Below are positions 29,861 to 39,075 of a stretch of 64,000 nt of DNA, piece by piece. The translations under genes were made by a program, and so were the position numbers. Source of the stretch: an uncultured Chloroflexia bacterium (lineage in GTDB: Bacteria; Chloroflexota; Dehalococcoidia; GIF9; UBA5629); the NCBI GenBank assembly GCA_963775935.1, contig CAVZKR010000002.1:159687-223686 (forward strand), given 5' to 3'. Numbering within the stretch: the stretch's first letter is position 1; every line of letters starts with the position of its first letter. The notes under the pieces were generated by a model. The model had not been told where the DNA came from, did not search any database, and saw nothing but the letters and a program-made list of their open reading frames with translations.

Positions 29861-30838
29861 TTACATCCATTTACCGATCCACTCAAGCATTTTCTCCGGC
29901 TTGTCCTCAAAATAGCTGTAGGACTCAAAACGGTGGGTGGTGTCTTCAATCCAGAAAAAGTCTTTGGGGTTGTCAGGAGTTCCTTGGTGAAAACTCTGAA
30001 TGTCGCTCAGTTCAGTCCAGGGATCGTTTCTTGCCTGGACATACATGGTTGGCACCTTTATATCCTTGACGTATTCCTTCGGAGACATTTCTCCCATGGG
30101 ATAGGCGCCCCGCCAGACAACAAATTTCTTTACCATGGGCAGCAGCAGTTTTGCTCCGACAGGGGTAAATAACTTCTTGGCATAGGTGCGCACAAAGACT
30201 TCCATAGATATCGGCTGGACAGCGAACAGGCACTTCACATTGGTGAAGGCTTTCGGCTCCTTGCTCATGGCGACGATGGTTGAGTTGGCTCCCATGCAGA
30301 AACTGACAAAACCGGCATTCATATGTTTTAATTCGTCTCTGCCCTTTACATACTCCATTGCTGCTACTACATCTTTGTATTCTTTCAGGCCGACGCCGGC
30401 TATGCCTTTGTTCGGGTCAGGGCCGCTTTCACCGTGATTGCGGAAATCGAACATCAGCATCCAGTATCCCTTTTTATGCAAATGCTCAGCCGTCCTTAGA
30501 AATTGTATTTCCTTGTTGTAAAGTTTGGAGACATTTTTGTACCGGACGGTGGAGCCGTATTTAGTCAGGCCACCGACATGGGTCAGCAGTATTAATTTCT
30601 TGAGAGAACCGGGAATAAGCCAGCCTTTAATTGTTACCCCGTCGGATGTATTGAACTCTATAGGCTCAAAATCCATGTCATAATCCCGGGGATTTTTGGG
30701 GACAGGCTGGCGGTTAAGATAGATTACCGTGCCGGCAATGAAATAGCAGAGAAACAGGTAGAGAAGAATGATGACCAGAATGATACCTATAATGATTGGT
30801 AGAGCAAGCATTAACGTTTCAATACAAAGATTTGTCAT
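29861..30838 (-). CDS. membrane-anchored alpha/beta hydrolase, dienelactone-hydrolase-like with Cys in the nucleophile elbow
   Basis: N-terminal TM helix. Elbow SFCMG (Cys where serine hydrolases have Ser). FRNHGES and a C-terminal D...H region. Confidence 0.7.
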   Translation of the reverse strand: MTNLCIETLMLALPIIIGIILVIILLYLFLCYFIAGTVIYLNRQPVPKNPRDYDMDFEPIEFNTSDGVTIKGWLIPGSLKKLILLTHVGGLTKYGSTVRYKNVSKLYNKEIQFLRTAEHLHKKGYWMLMFDFRNHGESGPDPNKGIAGVGLKEYKDVVAAMEYVKGRDELKHMNAGFVSFCMGANSTIVAMSKEPKAFTNVKCLFAVQPISMEVFVRTYAKKLFTPVGAKLLLPMVKKFVVWRGAYPMGEMSPKEYVKDIKVPTMYVQARNDPWTELSDIQSFHQGTPDNPKDFFWIEDTTHRFESYSYFEDKPEKMLEWIGKWM

Positions 30839-30929
30839 GCCATTATATCACGCTTATTCCTCCCTGGTAACACGATGATATATTGCAACTTCCCTGATTT
30901 GCTACTAGAATTTGAATAAGGTGAAAATT

Positions 30930-31226
30930 GGTAGTCAGCATTGGTACTATTTCACCGGAGGCAACGATATCATATTCGATAACAGCTAGTAATGCCAATG
31001 CCACAGTGAGTACTACCGTTACGGTTACTGTTACTACCGCTGTGGACGGAGCGATGGTGCCAAAGGTGCCACGCAAAGCTTAACCTTTTATTAAGCCGAT
31101 ACTCAGACGGTGACCTATTTATGGCAGGTAACTGAGGCTGGAGACTATGGGGCGCGGCTGCATACGATAACGCCCAATGCCATGAAAACACTCGATTATA
31201 TTACTCTCACCATAGGATGTGAGTAA
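30930..31226 (+). pseudogene. decayed fragments of a PKD/Ig-like surface protein gene
   Basis: Own translations in shifting frames: WYYFTGGNDIIFDNS*, NANATVSTTVTVTVTTAVDGA..., TVTYLWQVTEAGDYGARLHTITPNAMKTLDYITLTIGCE*. No start codon and multiple stops. Confidence 0.35.
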
Positions 31227-31244
31227 GTCGCTGCTGTAAATGAA

Positions 31245-31271
31245 CAGAGGCTGGGGTATACCCAGCCTCTG
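31245..31271 (-). terminator. perfect 11-bp hairpin downstream of the zinc-ribbon gene
   Basis: CAGAGGCTGGG-GTATA-CCCAGCCTCTG. The U-tract is weak. Confidence 0.45.
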
Positions 31272-31297
31272 TATGCGTTCGCAATTGTGAGCGAGAC

Positions 31298-31603
31298 TTA
31301 TCTGTTTACTTTTACTTTATTGTAGCAAGCGCTACAGTAAACAGGTCTATCTTCACGTGGCTGAAACGGCACTTCGGTGGATTGACCACACTGAGAGCAC
31401 ACTGCCGGAAACATCTGGCGTCTGCTGCTTGTGTAGCTGGAATCGCTTTGTCCGCGCTCAGCTTTCCTTGCCTGACGGCACGCAGGGCAGCGTTTCGGCT
31501 CGTTTTTGTACCCTCGGGATGCGAATGCCTCTTGTTCGTCAGCGGTGAACGTAAACGTAGCACTGCAGTCGGAACACTGGATTGACTTATCCTGAAAACT
31601 CAT
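31298..31603 (-). CDS. small zinc-ribbon protein (two CxxC...CxxC modules)
   Basis: CSDC...CPAC and CSQC...CSAC. 101 aa, basic linker. Confidence 0.7.
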   Translation of the reverse strand: MSFQDKSIQCSDCSATFTFTADEQEAFASRGYKNEPKRCPACRQARKAERGQSDSSYTSSRRQMFPAVCSQCGQSTEVPFQPREDRPVYCSACYNKVKVNR

Positions 31604-31971
31604 CGGATATCCTCCTCTCTTTTATAGTTGGTTTGAGTTGGGGCTATCCGGTAGCTGATTTAATTTTGGTGAATTAAACTGTGTACGAGATTAGCTAAAC
31701 TAAAACCACTGTTTTCTAGTATAAAGTAAAAGTGAAAGGAAAGCAAATCGGGCTGGGATATGGCCTCCGATGGTTGTGGCCGATTATCCGTAATGTAATT
31801 TTTTAAGGCTGGTTTTGTATGCATCACATTTTTTGTGCTAAAATAGCGTCTGGTTTTGCACCAAGAACCCGATTTGCTTAATCCATGGAAATGAATGGTC
31901 AACTGCGTAGAATTATGTATGTGTATCTTAATCGGATACGATATATGAAGCGATAGTAAGGAGGATGTTTT

Positions 31972-34494
31972 ATGTCTGAACAGGTCTTCACCACATGTAC
32001 TGTCGGCGGGCCACTTTCAGTTTATGTCCGCGATGGCAAAATCGTCAGAGTTCGCCCCATTGTCATTGACGAAAAGGATTTAAAACCATGGACCATCGAG
32101 GCGAAAGGTAAGAAATTCTCCCCGCCCAAGCAGATTAAGCTGGCGCCCTTTGCCGTAACCGAGAGAATGAAAGTGAATTCCGAAGAGCGGATTAAGTATC
32201 CGATGAAGAGGATAGACTTCGACCCCAGGAGCAAGGACCGACGCACCGAGAACAGAGGCAAGTCAGGGTACGTGCGTATAAGCTGGGATGAGGCTTTGTC
32301 TATCGTCTCCGGTGAAATAAAACGAATCAGGGAGACTTATGGACCGGAAGCGATTACCGGCATCACCTCATCGCATCATAACTGGGGCGTAGTGAACTAT
32401 AAGATGGGCCCTTTTATGAGATTTTTAAATTGCCTCGGCTTTACCTTCATATTCGATAATCCTGATAGCTGGGAAGGCTTCCACTGGGGAGCGGTGCACA
32501 CCTATGGCTTTTTCTGGAGATTAGGTTGTCCTGAGCCCTACGACCTTCTCGAGGACACACTGAAAAATGCCGAGATGGTAGTATATTGGTCGAACGATCC
32601 CTATAGCACCTGGGGAACGTATTGTGGCGGTGAGTCGCAGGTCTGGCGTCTGTGGACGAGAGAAGCAGGCATTAAGCAGGTGTTTATCGACCCCTTCTGC
32701 AACTATACCGCAGCCACTATTGGAGACAAATGGATAGCTCCCAAAGTTGGCACCGATGCGGCTCTGGCGCTGGCTATCGCCTATGTCTGGCTGCAGGACG
32801 ACAGCTATGATAAGAAGTATCTGGAAACGCATACCATCGGTTTTGAACAATTCAGGGACTATATTTTAGGCAAAGAGGATAAGAAGCCCAAGACGCCGCA
32901 ATGGGCTGAGAAAATCTGCGGTGTTCCAGCACGAAAAATCACAGCGTTAGCCAGGGAGTGGGCATCAAAGAGAACGGTCGTTTCCTGCGGTGTCCGAGGT
33001 GGGTTCGGTGGCGCTATGCGTCTGGCGTATGGACATGAGTGGGCGCGTATTGTGGTGCTCCTGCAGGCAATGCAGGGTCTGGGCAAGCCCGGCGTCAGTT
33101 TGTGGGGCAGTGGCATGGGTGCTCCGTTTAATGGCGACTTCTATTTCCCGGGCTATGCTGATGCCGAGTCGAAAATGCCCACTACTCCTGCTGCAAATAA
33201 GAAAATCACCAATCCTGTACAGCAGCGGCTCTATCGCTTGTTGTTCCCTGATGCTATTTTGAATCCGCCTGTCGAGTGGCGTGGGGAAGGATTTTGTGGA
33301 AACTCGATAGAGCAGCAACTCAAACCGTACAAATATCCGCTGCCAGGAAAATCTGAAGTCAAGATGTTCTATCGATATGGCGGCTCATTTATTGGAACCA
33401 TGACCGAAACGAATAGATGGGTGATGGCGTACCAGAGCCCGAAACTGGAATTTGTGGTCAATCAGGATTGCTGGTGGGGCAGTGAAACGAAGTTCGCCGA
33501 TATCATACTGCCGGCATGCACTAACTTGGAGCGCGACGATATTGCCGAGTTCGGCAGTCCGGGCGGCTATTCCGCCCACGGCAGTAGCGGCTGCAACTAC
33601 CGGGTTATCGTTCGGCAGAAGAAGTGTATTGAGCCGCTCTATGAATCCAAGGCGGATTACGATATATTTACCCTTCTCTCCGAGAGACTTGGCATCAAGG
33701 ATGATTTCACCGATGGCGGCAAGACGGTGATGGACTGGGTGAAACGATACTTCGAGATATCTGAACTGCCCAAGCATATCTCGTGGGAGGAGTTTAACAG
33801 GAAAGGTTACTTTGTCGTGCCGGTTCCAGACAATTATAAACCTACCTACGGCTTGCGCTGGTTCTATGAGGGCCGAACCTGTGATACCCCTGACTATTTG
33901 AATCCCAAGAGAAACACTGACAAGGGCAATGAGCTCTCTACCTACAGTGGCAAAATAGAGTTTGTTTCCCAGAGCCTTACCCAGCATCTGCCCAATGATA
34001 AAGAGCGACCTCCGATGCCGCGGTATATACCAAGCTGGGAAGGGCCGAACTCACGAATTGCCCGTAAATACCCGTTACAATTGTTGTCTCCGCATCCCAG
34101 GTATTCTTTCCATACTCACTATGATACCCACAGCCCCTGGCTTGCTGATATCCCGGGACATCGCATGTTGAAAGATGGGTACTCGTACTGGACAGTGAGG
34201 ATTCATCCTTCCGATGCTGGGCAAAGGGGCATCAACGAAGGCGATATTGTCAGATTGTACAACGATCGTGGTTCAGTGCTTGGCGCAGCCCATGTCACCG
34301 AGCGCACACGGCCGGGTGTTATTCACAGCTACTGCTCATCTATCAAATATGACCCTCTGGAGCCAGGCAAACCTTATTCTACAGACAAAGGTGGCTGTGT
34401 CAACATGCTCACTTCGGTGAAAATGTTATCGAAGAATGCTCCAGGTATGGCACCGAACTCCTGCCAAATAGAAATCGAGAAATGGGAGGCATAG
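31972..34494 (+). CDS. pyrogallol-phloroglucinol transhydroxylase large (Mo-bisPGD) subunit-like protein
   Basis: 840 aa DMSO-reductase-superfamily protein lacking the N-terminal Cys cluster (TCTVGGPLSVYVRDGKIVRV). It has NPDSWEGFHWG, YDLLEDTLKNAEM, GTDAALALAIAYVWLQDDSYDKKY and YFPGYA blocks, as I remember them for the Pelobacter acidigallici enzyme family. No signal peptide. Confidence 0.8.
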   Translation: MSEQVFTTCTVGGPLSVYVRDGKIVRVRPIVIDEKDLKPWTIEAKGKKFSPPKQIKLAPFAVTERMKVNSEERIKYPMKRIDFDPRSKDRRTENRGKSGYVRISWDEALSIVSGEIKRIRETYGPEAITGITSSHHNWGVVNYKMGPFMRFLNCLGFTFIFDNPDSWEGFHWGAVHTYGFFWRLGCPEPYDLLEDTLKNAEMVVYWSNDPYSTWGTYCGGESQVWRLWTREAGIKQVFIDPFCNYTAATIGDKWIAPKVGTDAALALAIAYVWLQDDSYDKKYLETHTIGFEQFRDYILGKEDKKPKTPQWAEKICGVPARKITALAREWASKRTVVSCGVRGGFGGAMRLAYGHEWARIVVLLQAMQGLGKPGVSLWGSGMGAPFNGDFYFPGYADAESKMPTTPAANKKITNPVQQRLYRLLFPDAILNPPVEWRGEGFCGNSIEQQLKPYKYPLPGKSEVKMFYRYGGSFIGTMTETNRWVMAYQSPKLEFVVNQDCWWGSETKFADIILPACTNLERDDIAEFGSPGGYSAHGSSGCNYRVIVRQKKCIEPLYESKADYDIFTLLSERLGIKDDFTDGGKTVMDWVKRYFEISELPKHISWEEFNRKGYFVVPVPDNYKPTYGLRWFYEGRTCDTPDYLNPKRNTDKGNELSTYSGKIEFVSQSLTQHLPNDKERPPMPRYIPSWEGPNSRIARKYPLQLLSPHPRYSFHTHYDTHSPWLADIPGHRMLKDGYSYWTVRIHPSDAGQRGINEGDIVRLYNDRGSVLGAAHVTERTRPGVIHSYCSSIKYDPLEPGKPYSTDKGGCVNMLTSVKMLSKNAPGMAPNSCQIEIEKWEA

Positions 34495-34501
34495 AAAAGA
34501 A

Positions 34502-35356
34502 ATGGCAAAGAAATACGGAATGGTCATTGACGTCACCAAATGCAATGGCTGCTACAACTGCTTTTTATCGTGTCGAGATGAATACTGCGGGAATGACTAT
34601 CCACCGTACTCGGCAGCACAGCCGAGCAGCGGTCATTTCTGGATGAAGGTGGTAGAGAAAGAGCGGGGTCAGTATCCCAGAGTAAAGGTAGCATATACAT
34701 CGATACCGTGCATGCAATGCGAGAAGCCAAGCTGTGTGAGTGCGGCATTGAATGGCGGAGCGTATCAGAGGGACGATGGCATTGTTATCATTGACCCGGA
34801 GAAAGCGGTAGGGCAGAAAGAAATTATGAATGCCTGCCCCTATCGAGTGATTTACTGGAACGAGGAGAAGAAGCTTCCGCAAAAGTGCACCTTCTGCGCA
34901 CATTTGCTGGATAAAGGATGGAAGGAGCCGCGTTGTGTGGAGGCATGTCCCACGGCAGCGCTGCTGTTTGGTGACTTAAACGACCCCAATAGCGAGATTG
35001 CGAATGTAGTGGCCAGTGGCAAAATAGAGGTATTGCATCCTGAATATGCCTTGGAGCCGAAGGTGAAGTACATCGGGCTGCCGAAGCGCTTTATCGCTGG
35101 TGAGGTAGTATTCAGAGATAAACAGGATGAAAGCGCTGAGGGGGTCAAGGTAACCTTAAAGGGTGCTGGCATGGAAAAGACCACAGCGACGGACAACTAT
35201 GGAGACTTCGAGTTTGAAGGTTTAGAAGCAGATAAAGAGTATACAGTAGCCGTGGAGCAGAAAGGGTATACGACGAAGAAGCTGAAAACAAAGACCAAAA
35301 TTGATATCTACTTAGGTGAGATAGTGCTGAGCAAAGCAGTTGCTGCAGCTAAATAG
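34502..35356 (+). CDS. transhydroxylase small (3x[4Fe-4S]) subunit-like protein with C-terminal beta-barrel domain
   Basis: MAKKYGMVIDVTKCNGCYNC plus further Cys groups. The C-terminal ~90 aa form a carboxypeptidase-regulatory-like beta domain (GVKVTLKG...TTATDNYGDFEFEGL). This matches the known beta-subunit architecture. Confidence 0.8.
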   Translation: MAKKYGMVIDVTKCNGCYNCFLSCRDEYCGNDYPPYSAAQPSSGHFWMKVVEKERGQYPRVKVAYTSIPCMQCEKPSCVSAALNGGAYQRDDGIVIIDPEKAVGQKEIMNACPYRVIYWNEEKKLPQKCTFCAHLLDKGWKEPRCVEACPTAALLFGDLNDPNSEIANVVASGKIEVLHPEYALEPKVKYIGLPKRFIAGEVVFRDKQDESAEGVKVTLKGAGMEKTTATDNYGDFEFEGLEADKEYTVAVEQKGYTTKKLKTKTKIDIYLGEIVLSKAVAAAK

Positions 35357-35518
35357 TTGGAGTATAATTGACCACTGTCACATTTGCAGATTTTGTAGAC
35401 GAACTTAGGAAGTGAGGAAAGGAGGCACAGGTATCGTCAATAACAGCAGTAATACAGTCTGAACAGTATAACTCTACGTATATCATTTGCGAAAATTACA
35501 GAATTAAAGGAGGAAAAG

Positions 35519-36301
35519 ATGGCTCAGAAATTTTATAATCTGTCTCAACCGTTCTATGCAGGAGTCCCGCTATGGCCCTGGCCAGTAATGTATGATACTG
35601 AAGTCACCAGAGTCACCTTCCCTGAGTTTGCCACCTTCCCAGGCGATCCCAAGAAAGGTCGCGTCAACAAAATGACCACCGTTATCAAGACCAAAATGCA
35701 TGTTTCTACCCATATGGATGCCCCGCTGCATGTTCTCGAGGGCGGTCTCAGCATTGATAAAATGCCCCTGTCTAGCTGCTATGGCGAGGGCGTTGTCGTG
35801 GACATGCGCTATCTTAAGAAATGGGATGTCATTGGCAAGAAAGACCTCGACAATGCCAAGCCCAAGATTAAAAAGGGCGATTTTGTTGTTATTAATACCG
35901 GTTGGCACAAATATTTCCCCACCTATGGTTACACTTTCTTCAATTATTTCCCGGGCTGCTATACTGAAGCCGCAGAGTGGTTTATTGAGCACGAGGTAAA
36001 AGCCGTTGCCCAAGATGGTGGAGCATCGGACCATCCCCTGGCTCACGCTCCATTGAAGAAATGGCAGCCAAACCTGTGGGAAGAGTATAAGCAGGTAACC
36101 GGCAAAGACTCTGATGAGGAATTCCCGATTTATGAACCCACCCACCTCGCGCTCGCCCAGAATGGTATTCCCGGCATCGAAATAGCCGGCGGACAGATTG
36201 ATGAAGTCACGGGAAAACGCTGCACCCTGGCTTGTTTCCCGCTTAACTTCATTGGTGGAGAAGCTTCACTGGTGCGCTTAGTGGCAATTGTCGACGAGTA
36301 G
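35519..36301 (+). CDS. cyclase-family metal hydrolase (kynurenine-formamidase fold); candidate dihydrophloroglucinol cyclohydrolase
   Basis: HVSTHMDAPLH motif of the putative-cyclase family. 260 aa. Confidence 0.75.
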   Translation: MAQKFYNLSQPFYAGVPLWPWPVMYDTEVTRVTFPEFATFPGDPKKGRVNKMTTVIKTKMHVSTHMDAPLHVLEGGLSIDKMPLSSCYGEGVVVDMRYLKKWDVIGKKDLDNAKPKIKKGDFVVINTGWHKYFPTYGYTFFNYFPGCYTEAAEWFIEHEVKAVAQDGGASDHPLAHAPLKKWQPNLWEEYKQVTGKDSDEEFPIYEPTHLALAQNGIPGIEIAGGQIDEVTGKRCTLACFPLNFIGGEASLVRLVAIVDE

Positions 36302-36318
36302 TCTAGAGATAAAGTACG

Positions 36319-37191
36319 TTGAGTTATACTAAGTTACCACCCAATAAAGTCATTATTACGGTAGCCCAGACTGGCGCTCTGGTTACCAAGAAGATGAATC
36401 CTGCGGTTCCTGAGCAACCAGAAGAGATAGCAGCGTCAACGTATAATTGTTATAACGAGGGCGCTGCTATCATTCATATCCATGCCCGTGATAAAGAAGG
36501 CGTTACCACGGGAAGCGCTGAGATATTCCGCGATATCCATGAAAAGATAGGGAAGCTCTGCAATGTCGTGATTCAGGACTCCACTGGCGGCGGCGCTAAT
36601 CTTAGCATCGAGCAGCGTACCGAATGCCTTGAGGCTTATCCTGAGATGGCCTCCCTCAATATGGGCACGTTGGGGCGAACCATCGGTGCCGGTGCCGGCA
36701 CAGTGTTTATGAATAGCCGTGCCGATATTGAAGCCTTCGTCAAACGCATGAATCACTTTGGCGTGAAGCCTGAGATGGAATGCTATAACCTTGCCATGGT
36801 GCAGGAAGCCGAGCTCCTCATCAAGAAAGGTCTGCTCGAGAAACCCTATTATGTAGACCTGATACTGGGCATGGCGTACCAGGGAGCGCTGCAGTATAAT
36901 CCAGCGCTATTCCAGACATATCTCCAGTATTTGCCAGATGATTGCATGTTTAATTCGCTCGGCGTAGGTCCAGCTCAGACCGCGGTGGCAACCCTGGGGA
37001 TGATTTTCGGCGGCGCTGTCCGCGTGGGATTGGAAGATAACCTCTATTATGCCAAAGGCGAATTAGCCAAAAGCAATGCCCAGTTGGTAGCTCGTGTGGT
37101 CAGGATTGCGCGAGAGCTCGGCAAAGAACCAGCAACACCTGATGAAGCTAGAAAGATACTGGGATTGAAGCCAAAAGTTAAAGAAAGCTGA
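36319..37191 (+). CDS. beta-keto acid cleavage enzyme (BKACE/DUF849); candidate triacetate acetoacetate-lyase
   Basis: IITVAQTGA ... IIHIHARD ... GLED motifs of the 3-keto-5-aminohexanoate cleavage enzyme family. TTG start in the track. Confidence 0.8.
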   Translation: MSYTKLPPNKVIITVAQTGALVTKKMNPAVPEQPEEIAASTYNCYNEGAAIIHIHARDKEGVTTGSAEIFRDIHEKIGKLCNVVIQDSTGGGANLSIEQRTECLEAYPEMASLNMGTLGRTIGAGAGTVFMNSRADIEAFVKRMNHFGVKPEMECYNLAMVQEAELLIKKGLLEKPYYVDLILGMAYQGALQYNPALFQTYLQYLPDDCMFNSLGVGPAQTAVATLGMIFGGAVRVGLEDNLYYAKGELAKSNAQLVARVVRIARELGKEPATPDEARKILGLKPKVKES

Positions 37192-37224
37192 GATAAAAAA
37201 CTAGCGAAACGGAGGTGATATACG

Positions 37225-37998
37225 ATGTGCGAAATGTTTAGCCTTGAAGGAAAAGTTGCCGTGGTTATCGGCGGAGCTGGCGGCATTGGTGAAATTCTGT
37301 CACAGGGATTAGCCAAGCAGGGCGCTAAAGTAGCGATTGCCGACATCGCTTTCGACAAGGGTGAGGCAATTGCCAAGAAGATTCAAGCGGAAACGAAAAA
37401 GGAAACTGCTGCATTCAAAGTAGACCTTACCAACGAGGCCAGCGTGGCTCAACTTGCCAAGGACGTTGCTGCCAAATTCGGGACGGTTGATATCCTGGTC
37501 AATGCTCAGGGGGTCAATTTTAAATTTAATGCTACCGAGTTTCCTCCCGAAAAATGGGATACCATGTTCGCTGTTAATGTGCGAAGCCTCATGCTTACCT
37601 GCCGTGAATTTGGTAAAATCATGATCGCCAAAAAGAAGGGCAAGGTCGTCAACCTATCTTCGGTGAGAGGCATTCGTGCTACCCTCTGGGAAGGCAACGA
37701 AGGCTACTGTGCTACCAAAGGAGCGGTTGACATGATTACCAGGTCACTTGCTTCAGAGTGGGCGCAGCATAATATTAACGTCAATGCTATTGGCCCATCG
37801 ACGATACGTACCCCGCTCGCTGAGAGAACGTTAAGCGATCCTGAACGCCTGGCAAGATATATGGCCAATGTGCCATTGAAGCGGGTAGGCGAACCTGCAG
37901 ACCTGGTTGGTGCCTGTGTTTTCCTGGCATCATCTGCCTCGGACTTTGTCACCGGGCAGATACTCTACCTTGACGGCGGGCTTACTGCTATCGGATAG
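37225..37998 (+). CDS. SDR oxidoreductase; candidate phloroglucinol reductase
   Basis: GGAGGIG, the YCATKGA catalytic motif, 257 aa. GGAGGT lies 8 nt upstream of the ATG. Confidence 0.8.
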   Translation: MCEMFSLEGKVAVVIGGAGGIGEILSQGLAKQGAKVAIADIAFDKGEAIAKKIQAETKKETAAFKVDLTNEASVAQLAKDVAAKFGTVDILVNAQGVNFKFNATEFPPEKWDTMFAVNVRSLMLTCREFGKIMIAKKKGKVVNLSSVRGIRATLWEGNEGYCATKGAVDMITRSLASEWAQHNINVNAIGPSTIRTPLAERTLSDPERLARYMANVPLKRVGEPADLVGACVFLASSASDFVTGQILYLDGGLTAIG

Positions 37999-38065
37999 AC
38001 TTCATTCGTTGTAATGAATGATTCTGTAAGGAAATCGGTTCAAAGGGGCAATGTCAGAGGATAGT

Positions 38066-38100
38066 TTCATCCTTCTATCCGTCACGGGGAGAAGGATGAA
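38066..38100 (+). terminator. hairpin after SDR gene
   Basis: TTCATCCTTCT, a 13-nt loop, then AGAAGGATGAA, followed by a T-rich stretch. Confidence 0.4.
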
Positions 38101-38162
38101 TGGTATTATTATTGTAATGTTGCTAATACATAGTTGAATTTTATTGAAAGGATGGTGTAATT

Positions 38163-38498
38163 ATGAAATTGGTCAAACACGGTGAAGGCGCTGAATATGA
38201 AGTCAAAGGACACACTCGTTGCCATGTTATGAATAAACTGGTAGCAGGGAAAGACAACAAACGATTGACAGTTGGCATGTCCCATTTCCTTCCTGGTGGC
38301 GGCGCTGAGATGTCCTCCGCTCCATTGGATAGGGTGTACTATGTGCTGTCAGGCTCCATAAAACTCACTGGAAAGACAGAGAAGTATGTAGTGGGTCCCG
38401 GTGACCTGATTTTGATAGGTGCCAATGAGGAGCGTGCCTTCGAAGTGGTGGGCAGTGAGCCGACTACTATTCTGGTGATGGGAGTTCTTTTAGATTAA
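38163..38498 (+). CDS. small single-domain cupin, copy 1
   Basis: 111 aa. GMSHFLPGGGAEM ... GPGDLILIGANEE cupin motifs. Confidence 0.75.
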   Translation: MKLVKHGEGAEYEVKGHTRCHVMNKLVAGKDNKRLTVGMSHFLPGGGAEMSSAPLDRVYYVLSGSIKLTGKTEKYVVGPGDLILIGANEERAFEVVGSEPTTILVMGVLLD

Positions 38499-38643
38499 TA
38501 CTCTTACGGCCACATAGTGCGTTGGCAGTCACCGCGGGTATATTTGGATACCCATACATCTACTGGATTGAGCAACCCTGTTGAGCATATCACATCCTCC
38601 AGGATTGCGAAGCTTAATCTTTTTCTGAGAGGCTGGTGTTATT

Positions 38644-38976
38644 ATGAAACTCATAAAACATGGTCAAGGCGTTCAATATGAAGCCAAGGGTCACTTTAGC
38701 TGTTATGCCATGAACAAGTTAGTGGTAGGGCAGGATACCAGGAAACTGACTGTTGGCATGTCTCATTTCCTCCCCGGCGGTGGCGCTCAAATGTCCTCCT
38801 TGCCAAAGGAGAGGGCTTACTATGTGCTTTCAGGCACAATAAAGATAATAGGAAAGAGCGAGGAATATGAGGTGAGCCCGGGTGACCTTATTTATATTGG
38901 CGCCGGTGAAGAGCGCTCTTTTCAGGCATTAGGAACTGAGCCGGCCACCATTCTGGTAACGATAGTCGATGTATAG
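38644..38976 (+). CDS. small single-domain cupin, copy 2 (tandem paralogue)
   Basis: 110 aa, collinear with copy 1 (~65% identity by eye), including a similar RBS context. Confidence 0.75.
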   Translation: MKLIKHGQGVQYEAKGHFSCYAMNKLVVGQDTRKLTVGMSHFLPGGGAQMSSLPKERAYYVLSGTIKIIGKSEEYEVSPGDLIYIGAGEERSFQALGTEPATILVTIVDV

Positions 38977-39075
38977 ACTGCAACTAGCTCACTGAAGTAT
39001 CAAAATAGTGGGATAAAGGAAACTGCCATAGATATAAAAGATATTAAGAAAATATTCGTTGTTGGCGCTGGAACA

